A stretch of DNA of 64,000 nucleotides from an uncultured delta proteobacterium (GTDB taxonomy: Bacteria > Desulfobacterota > Binatia > Binatales > Binataceae): assembly GCA_963749215.1 (NCBI GenBank), contig CAVVMA010000018.1, positions 51,513 to 115,512 of the forward strand, in the 5' to 3' direction. The translations under genes and the position numbers were made by a program. The stretch's first letter is position 1, and each line of letters starts with the position of its first letter. Positions 22,400 to 28,465 of this stretch are shown here, piece after piece. The notes beneath the pieces were generated by a model, which made no database searches, was not told the DNA's origin, and saw only the letters and a list, made by a program, of their open reading frames with translations.

Positions 22400-22596
22400 A
22401 AATTATCGCCGTCTTCGGCGTTGGGCGCGTCGAGGCCGACGAATTCGCCTCGACCCGGCAGCCGCGCCGTCGAAGAGTTCGGCCAGCGTGACGTGCTGCG
22501 GCTTCTTCCCCATGATTTCGGCGATTGTTTTTCGTAGACCTGACGGAGCATCCACACCCCGAAAATGAGCACTATTATCGCGATTGCAATTTCCAT
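22390..22596 (-). CDS. Small hypothetical protein with N-terminal hydrophobic segment inside the IS
   Basis: ATG 1 nt after the transposase stop, MEIAIAIIVLIFGVWML TM-like segment, stop codon inside the left TIR. The C-terminal frame is uncertain at an A-run near 22530. Confidence 0.45.
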   Translation of the reverse strand: MEIAIAIIVLIFGVWMLRQVYEKQSPKSWGRSRSTSRWPNSSTARLPGRGEFVGLDAPNAEDGDNFSD

Positions 22597-22597
22597 A

Positions 22598-23445
22598 TCA
22601 GGCCGCCGCTATGCCTTCCTCGGATTCTGCCGCTTCGATCAACTCGCCGACAGACCATAGCCGATTCGTGACCCCGGCTGCCATCGCGGGAGTGCAGCGC
22701 AATGTCCGATGCACGCGGACGAAATTGTAGTGCGCGTAGTGAAGTGCCACGGATGCCTTGAGGTTCGCCAGTTTTTTCGAGAAAGCCAGCGTTAGCCGCG
22801 CGAATCGCTTGTTTTCCATGCGAACGCTCAGGTTCTGGCGCTCGACAAAGCTTGTCGAAATATGGTCGGGATTTGGGCTCCTATAAGCTCCTCCCGCGTC
22901 GTGCGGATCATGCTGGGCGGCGAGTACCGACCACGCCCGACGTTAAGCTCGGATGCGAATACTTTGGTGATTTGCGCATAGTCTACCCTCCCGCTAAACG
23001 CATCGCGGATGGCTTCGTAGTACGGCTGAAAGGCGTCCGTGCTGATTTGCACTCTGCCGACGACGCGCGAGCGCAAGTCGTTAATAAATTCCTCAGTATC
23101 GAACCACGTGCGTCGTCCGACGTGAAAGCTCGGGACCAATTTTGTATCGCTATCGATTGCGACGAACGTGTAGGCATCGCCAAACTCACCACGTTCAGGA
23201 AGTTGAGCCGCACGCTTCTGTTTCATCCCGACGAAGGCCCACAATTCGTCCAGTTGGAGCCGCTGGCAGTTGAGGTTCCGCATTTCGTGGTCCATCAAAC
23301 GCAGGCATCCTTCGCCTACGCGAAACCCAAGCCGCATGATCGTGTCGCGATGGATTCCGGTCATACGCTCGATACTGCGAATCGAATTGCACTCGACAAG
23401 AGCCGCGATTACGCGGCAGCGCTGCTCTGCGTTTAACGTATACAT
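22598..23445 (-). pseudogene. IS1-family DDE transposase with one -1 frameshift (about 22880); inactivated or a sequencing error
   Basis: HTH (LVECNSIRSIERMTGIHRDTIMRL), QLDELWAFVG (D), ISTDAFQPY (D). Adding one base restores SPNPDHISTSFVERQNLSVRM.NKRFARLTLAFSKK (E), continuing into ORF 22598-22819. Confidence 0.9.
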
Positions 23446-23578
23446 GACACACATGGTGCCCGAGCGGTCACGCATAGTCAAGGGCCATAAACATCGTCAC
23501 AGACTTGCGGGTTAGGTAAAGTGTCTGCAAATGGTCATCGCGCCTATTGCACGCGCCAACAAAAATCAGATATGTAAT

Positions 23579-23746
23579 CGATGGAGGGTGGCGGGACCTG
23601 AGGATTTTCTCTTCGCGGGAGTTGCCTCAGGCCCGCCGCCGTGGGAGGTGGTCCTATGATACTAGGAGCCGGTTGAACCGGCGTGAGAGGGGGCGGCGTT
23701 TCACGTGGACGTGCAGCCCTCTCTGCTGTCTCCCATCGCTTTTTAT
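23579..23746 (+). ncRNA. Candidate structured RNA / leader inside the IS, upstream of the HTH gene (strand uncertain)
   Basis: GGCGGG-A-CCTGAGG/CCTCAGG-CCCGCC long hairpin, then TGGGAG/CTCCCA enclosing TCCTA/TAGGA, GCCGG/CCGGC and GAGAGGG/CCCTCTC stems, followed by a T5 tract. Confidence 0.45.
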
Positions 23747-23772
23747 ATCAGATGGAATCGAGGTGAACAACG

Positions 23773-24435
23773 ATGGCAACGGAAATCGATTATGCCGTAG
23801 TTCTGGCCGATTTGGAGGCTAAAAGAGGCGCTATCGACAGCGCAATCGCGGGCGTCAGGCAGGTTCTAAATCTCGGCGCTGAACAAGGGGTAGCCCCATC
23901 TTCGCCATTGGGGATCGAGAGGAAGGATCAACCTACGCAAGTTAGATTTGACACGTTTTTCCGAATGTCGATGCCCAGCGCGATTGTCAAATATCTTGAA
24001 ATGGCGAAGGCTCCTCAGTCTGTCAGCGACGTAACAAAGGCGCTATTGGAAGGCGGGTTTAAGACAACCTCCAAAAACCTAATGCCGATTGTCGGGTCGA
24101 ACCTCTCGCGGCTGAAATCAGCGGGCCAGACTGTTAACGTTGAAGGCAAGTGGGGTTTGGCTTCTTGGTATCCCGCAGCCCGAAAAGCCGAGCTGGCACC
24201 GAAATCTAAAAGGGGGCGCAAGCGGGGGCGACCGAAAGGATCGGGAAAGGCCAACGCCAAGGGGAGCACGCCAACGGCAGAAAAGAAGGCGACCCCGGTA
24301 AAGCCGACTGTCGATCAGATTGAGCAGATCAAAAAACTGAGTGCGGCAGGGAAAAAACCCGGCGAGGTCGCAAAGGCAGTGGGCCTCCACCACTTTACGG
24401 TAATGGCCGTTCTGAAATCGAAGAAGGCGGCGTAA
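23773..24435 (+). CDS. Hypothetical DNA-binding protein: N-terminal coiled coil, winged-helix (HARE-HTH-like) domain, Lys/Arg-rich linker, C-terminal HTH
   Basis: GAGGTG RBS. AIVKYLEMAKAPQSVSDVTKALLEGGF...VGSNLSRL..WGLASWY winged-helix pattern, KRGRKRGRPKG AT-hook-like motif, KKPGEVAKAVGLHHFTVMAVL HTH. Confidence 0.7.
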   Translation: MATEIDYAVVLADLEAKRGAIDSAIAGVRQVLNLGAEQGVAPSSPLGIERKDQPTQVRFDTFFRMSMPSAIVKYLEMAKAPQSVSDVTKALLEGGFKTTSKNLMPIVGSNLSRLKSAGQTVNVEGKWGLASWYPAARKAELAPKSKRGRKRGRPKGSGKANAKGSTPTAEKKATPVKPTVDQIEQIKKLSAAGKKPGEVAKAVGLHHFTVMAVLKSKKAA

Positions 24436-24447
24436 AGGGGAAAGCGG

Positions 24448-25227
24448 ATGCTGGTCTACGTAGACGAAAGCTATCAAGCGGCGAACGTTTCAAACTGCAA
24501 ATCGACGTTCGCCGCTGTCTGTATCCCGCAGGAAAATTACCGTGCGTTTGACACAGACTTTTTCAAACTAAAGAAGCACTTTTGGAAGAATATTCAGGAA
24601 CCATCAGAACTCGAATTGAAAGGGCGTAATCTGTTATCGACGCACGCGCTTGAACTCCCTAAAAATCGTGACCTCATCCGTCAACTAATCATCCTGATGA
24701 AAGAATATGGGATCGTGCCTTTTGCCGTTGTGCAAAATGGTTCGCTTCAATTGTCAGCAATTCAACCGCCCGACCTCCCCTCGTTATATCGCGGGGTATT
24801 GCGCCGAGTAGATCGGTACATGACGGAGAGATTCCCAACTGGGCAAGCGATCTTGTTCTTTGACGGAATTGATCATCAAACGAACCAAAAAATCGCGATC
24901 GCTTTCAACGGCTATATGTTCCGTCACTTTTGGGGTTCCCAACTGCTGCATGTCCTTCCGGTTCCAAACTTCAGCGATTCGGTTGTTACGCCCGGTATCC
25001 AAATCGCCGATGTGCTTGCGTATTGCGTTAACGAGCGATACGCAAACTACGGTCATCAAGGCGAGCATCTGGAGGATTTCTTTCGACAATTCCGAGAGTT
25101 GAGCTTTACCTACGAAAACCCCGACGAAAATGTCAGAGTGTGGGGATTTCAAAGGCTTGGTTCATCCTGGACGGGCCATCCCGAAACCGAAGACGAGGCC
25201 AAACCGGAGTCTGAAGAACCTATTTGA
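24448..25227 (+). CDS. DUF3800 domain-containing protein
   Basis: N-terminal YVDES, ELKG, LFFDG and C-terminal SDS..TPGIQIADVLAY (DE and QxxD motifs typical of DUF3800). Confidence 0.85.
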   Translation: MLVYVDESYQAANVSNCKSTFAAVCIPQENYRAFDTDFFKLKKHFWKNIQEPSELELKGRNLLSTHALELPKNRDLIRQLIILMKEYGIVPFAVVQNGSLQLSAIQPPDLPSLYRGVLRRVDRYMTERFPTGQAILFFDGIDHQTNQKIAIAFNGYMFRHFWGSQLLHVLPVPNFSDSVVTPGIQIADVLAYCVNERYANYGHQGEHLEDFFRQFRELSFTYENPDENVRVWGFQRLGSSWTGHPETEDEAKPESEEPI

Positions 25228-25335
25228 GGGGGTCTGAAGGGGGGAGAAAACTGGCTGCCGTTTAAGGCACGCGACGTTAGCGATTGGCCAACGCACCAGT
25301 TTCCTACTGATTTGAATTTAGACATTGTAGACCCC
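25228..25335 (+). ncRNA. Candidate DUF3800-associated structured RNA
   Basis: Starts directly after the DUF3800 stop. Outer stem GGGGTCT/AGACCCC (25229-35/25329-35), inner stem AAACTGG/CCAGTTT (25248-54/25296-302) enclosing TGCC-GTTTAA-GGCA and CGTT..AACG hairpins. Confidence 0.55.
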
Positions 25336-25340
25336 ATGCG

Positions 25341-25598
25341 TCAAGACTGGCGTTTCAGCCATCGAGCCCGTGCTGCCTTGGAAGCGCTCTCCCGCAGTTG
25401 TTCTTTCGTCAGCCTTGCCGCCCTTGCCGGTCCGCCCTTGAGCCCGCCCAACCTGCCCAGCGCCCGCGCTAGGCTGCTCCGCATTGCAGCGTCGCTCAGG
25501 TCGGGCTCCTCGGTCGCTTCGATGACGTGGCGCGCCATCCGACCGGCGATCTGATTTATGTCCTCGGGTTCCTGCCGCTTTCGTGACCGCTTACGCAT
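25341..25598 (-). CDS. Small basic protein with KGG-like motif (family often mis-annotated as histone H1/RNA-binding), IS passenger
   Basis: EDINQIA..MA..ALGRLGGLKGGPARAARLTKEQLRESASKAARARW. Starts 37 bp inside the right TIR and is co-oriented with the transposase. Confidence 0.75.
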   Translation of the reverse strand: MRKRSRKRQEPEDINQIAGRMARHVIEATEEPDLSDAAMRSSLARALGRLGGLKGGPARAARLTKEQLRESASKAARARWLKRQS

Positions 25599-25634
25599 AC
25601 GGCCATCGTGGCAGATATGGGCGGATCGGGCAAA

Positions 25635-25653
25635 TTCAGATTAGGACACTACC
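25635..25653. repeat. Terminal inverted repeat (right in window)
   Basis: TTCAGATTAGGACACTACC, followed by TSD CACATTGG (25654-25661). Confidence 0.93.
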
Positions 25654-25807
25654 CACATTGGAAGAAAGGCTGGCCCATGGGCTCAGGGGAGCGAGCCGCG
25701 GGTGCGATCGGCGCCGGCCCGATGCAAACGCTTTGCGGCACGATCCAGGAGCCGAGCTCGCCGGCGTCCGGCTGGTGTTCGCGTCGGACCAGGCTGCACT
25801 CTGGACA

Positions 25808-25842
25808 TTAACAATCTGATATAATACAATACAGTTTGTTAA
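25808..25842 (+). promoter_or_regulatory. Extended -10 promoter (TGnTATAAT) flanked by an inverted repeat (putative operator)
   Basis: TG-A-TATAAT at 25817-25825 lies between TTAACAATCTG and CAGTTTGTTAA (10/11 inverted match); AAAGGAGG RBS follows. Confidence 0.55.
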
Positions 25843-25893
25843 AGGAGGCCGGAGCGATGAGGCGAGCGCTCATTCGGCCGAGGAGCAGTCACG

Positions 25894-26100
25894 ATGGCAT
25901 CGACACAGGCGCCCGCAGCCCACGAAAAACGCTTCGAGATCCCCAAAGCCGTCACCGGCGGTCTTCGCCTGCTCGACCGGCTGAGCGCCTTCGAATCGCC
26001 GATCGTTCAGGTCGCGGTCATAATCCTGGCGGCCGCGATGGCTTCGGTAGTGGGCGGCACGATCATCAGGATGCTGGCCGACGGCCTGGGCCAGTCCTGA
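25894..26100 (+). CDS. Small hypothetical membrane protein
   Basis: GAGGAG RBS 8 nt upstream; one hydrophobic helix IVQVAVIILAAAMASVVGGTII. Confidence 0.55.
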   Translation: MASTQAPAAHEKRFEIPKAVTGGLRLLDRLSAFESPIVQVAVIILAAAMASVVGGTIIRMLADGLGQS

Positions 26101-26375
26101 CAAGTCAGGGCCTCGCAGTTGTTCCGTAGCTGAAGGCACGGCTCTGCTGCTGCGGCCATGCGGGTGGCCCGTCCCGCCGTATCTCTCTATATCCTCCCAG
26201 TTGCGTCAGACCGCATCCCGATCCTTCTCGTGTGCAACAAGCCGGGGCATCGCGGCCACTCGACGCGAGGTCATTGCAATGCGAGCGAACGCGCGGGTCC
26301 AGACCCGCGTAGTGTGCGCAAACACCCGCGATCTGTTATGGTCTGCGACGAACGTTGTTCCGGAGGTAAACAGCT

Positions 26376-26669
26376 ATGGCAACATTCGTGGTCCTGGCCC
26401 GCTATACGCATCAGGGTGTCGAGCACGTGAAGGCCTCGCCCGATCGACTTGAGGCGGTCAAGAAGGCTTTCCACACCAAGGGCGCGGAGGTTAAGGCCTT
26501 CTATAATTTGATGGGTGAGTACGATTCCCTCCTGATTGTGGAGGCTCCGTCGGACGAGCTCATGGCGCAGCTTGCGCTCGGAGTGGAAAGCAAAGGCAAC
26601 GTGCGCACCGAGACCCATCGCGCCTTCAGCGAAGCCGAGTTCCGCAAGATCGTGGCCGGAATGTCCTAG
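26376..26669 (+). CDS. GYD domain-containing protein
   Basis: MATFVVLARYT.QG, MGEYD..LIVEAP, GNVRTET.RAF; GGAGG RBS. Confidence 0.9.
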   Translation: MATFVVLARYTHQGVEHVKASPDRLEAVKKAFHTKGAEVKAFYNLMGEYDSLLIVEAPSDELMAQLALGVESKGNVRTETHRAFSEAEFRKIVAGMS

Positions 26670-26808
26670 GCCCTGCCAACCAAGCGATCGCGCCCGTGGC
26701 CAGTTCTCACCTTGGGGGGCTCGACGAAAGTCGCGGTGTTCTCCACGCTGGCTCTGGTTGCGGCGGGCGCGCACTGCGGAATGCTACGCACGCTGCGTAT
26801 CGATCCCG

Positions 26809-27684
26809 CTATTGCCAGCGTTTGGGCGCGGTCTTGAGCCGGGCGACGCCGAGGTCGTCGCACCAGCGCTCGAAGCGCGCGCGGGGCACGCCGCGGAACC
26901 TCAGGTCATCGAGCGAGCATTCGAACGTAATGGTGTCGACCAGCGTCGCCAGCTTCCGATAGAGGAGGGCGTCGTCGCGGCGCTCGACCAGCGTGGCCGC
27001 AAGCTGCTGCGCTCCGCGCGGCTTGACCTTCCACTGAAATGGGTCCGCAGGAATCCGCTCGAGCCGCTCGTAGGCGCCGATCAGCAGCGAGGCACTCTTC
27101 TTGCCGAAGCCCGGCAGTCCGGGAATCCCGTCGGCAGTGTCGCCGGTGAGCGCCAGAAAATCGGGCATGCTATGTGGCCCAAAGCCGCGCTCGGCGCGAA
27201 ACGCGCTTTCGTTGACAAGCTTTCTCTGACGCCGGTCGACCTGGACCACCCGATCGCCCTGCAGACACTGGCCGAGATCCTTGTCGGGCGTGAGAATCAG
27301 CACCTGCTCGACCTGATCGCAAAACTGCCGCGCCCCGCTGGCGAGGCCGTCATCCGCCTCGTACTCGCGCATCGACCAGACCACCACACCAATCGAGCGG
27401 ACGGCCTCCTCCACCGCATCGAACTGCGCGCGTAGCTCAGGCGGCACGCCCTCATCACTCTTGTATTGCGGGAACAGATCGTTGCGAAAGGACCGGATCG
27501 GGTTGTCGAACGCCACCGCTATGTGTGTGACTGCTTCTCCGACGTCGTGCAGTAACGCCAGCAGCGACTCCACCACGCCGACGGTGGCCTTTGCGTCGCG
27601 CCCCGACGGCGTGAGGTGACCGGGACGCGGCGCGAAGTGAGCCCGATACAGCTCATATGTCCCGTCGACGAGGTGTAGCCTCAC
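26809..27684 (-). CDS. Stand-alone 5'-3' exonuclease / flap endonuclease (PolA N-terminal-like)
   Basis: LVDGTYELYRAHF, AFD, EADD, TPDKDL.Q, FLALTGDTADGIPGLPGFGKK H3TH motif. Confidence 0.9.
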   Translation of the reverse strand: MRLHLVDGTYELYRAHFAPRPGHLTPSGRDAKATVGVVESLLALLHDVGEAVTHIAVAFDNPIRSFRNDLFPQYKSDEGVPPELRAQFDAVEEAVRSIGVVVWSMREYEADDGLASGARQFCDQVEQVLILTPDKDLGQCLQGDRVVQVDRRQRKLVNESAFRAERGFGPHSMPDFLALTGDTADGIPGLPGFGKKSASLLIGAYERLERIPADPFQWKVKPRGAQQLAATLVERRDDALLYRKLATLVDTITFECSLDDLRFRGVPRARFERWCDDLGVARLKTAPKRWQ

Positions 27685-27742
27685 CTTGCCACTGTAGCAT
27701 CGGCTCGCTTTGGCCAGAGCACCCTCCGCTCACCTTAGCCAC

Positions 27743-28456
27743 TCACACCTGAGGCATCTCGCGATCGACCTCGTCTCCTGAGGGGACGCATAGATACCAG
27801 CCGACGCAGGCGAACGCGATTAGAATGGCGAAAGCCGCCGCCAGGCTGGCGAGACTCCCCGCTTGCGAAAGGCGGACTTTGTCCAGATGGAATACCGACG
27901 GGAAGCCCTCCGGAGGACCGTCGACCGCAGCTATGCTCACCGAACGAAACCAGGCTCGACCTGGGCTGAAATCCCAATAGTCTCCGAGCCGCAAAGCGAT
28001 CTCCACGTCGGCACCGCTCTTGCCGACTTCGAGATAGAAGGCTAACCGCTCCCAGTCGGTGTCGCCGAGACCTTGAGGCGACCCCACGCCCTCGTCCGTC
28101 AGGCCTATGAAGGCGCCGGTCCCGTGCCGCGAAACACCGTCGGTCCTGCTTTCGGCGCTTATGTAGTACCATCCGGGCGGTAAGTATACCGGATGCATCA
28201 ACCGGGCATCGCTTCGGAGGTGATTGTCTATCTCAATCTGGCCCGGATTCGAGTCCGAAGGCGCCGTCCACGTATACTCAGTCGAGGGCAGACTCACTCG
28301 CGCATGCCATCCTGTTGGCGAGTTGTCACTCCCCGCGGTGAAGTCTCCATTAGTCAGCAAGTCCGCGATCGCCGGCGCCGGCGCGCAGACCGACCCCACC
28401 GCGATGATGATCGCGCTCGCCAGAAGGACACCGACAGGTTGCAGGAGTTGTCTCAT
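27743..28456 (-). CDS. Exported carbohydrate-binding-like (galactose-binding/CBM4-9-like) protein with C-terminal membrane anchor, paralog 1
   Basis: Signal peptide, LLTNGDF..G..P.GW, L..GWYY, DW.R, G.AWFR and C-terminal TM. Clearly similar to 41804-42529 and 49125-49994. Confidence 0.6.
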   Translation of the reverse strand: MRQLLQPVGVLLASAIIIAVGSVCAPAPAIADLLTNGDFTAGSDNSPTGWHARVSLPSTEYTWTAPSDSNPGQIEIDNHLRSDARLMHPVYLPPGWYYISAESRTDGVSRHGTGAFIGLTDEGVGSPQGLGDTDWERLAFYLEVGKSGADVEIALRLGDYWDFSPGRAWFRSVSIAAVDGPPEGFPSVFHLDKVRLSQAGSLASLAAAFAILIAFACVGWYLCVPSGDEVDREMPQV

Positions 28457-28465
28457 TACGGCATT

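Larger units (their letters stand above)
22381..25653 (-). mobile_element. IS1-family insertion sequence carrying passenger genes (transporter IS), 3,273 bp
   Basis: TIRs GGTGGTGTCCTAATCTGAA (22381-22399) and reverse-complement GGTAGTGTCCTAATCTGAA (25635-25653), 18/19 identical. 8-bp TSD, IS1-type DDE transposase, AT-richer cargo. Confidence 0.93.

Noticed and set aside
22860-22900. Programmed -1 frameshift as in classical IS1 insA-insB
   Set aside because: There is no A6C slippery site, and the break lies between the second Asp and the catalytic Glu rather than after the N-terminal DNA-binding region. A point deletion or read error is more likely.
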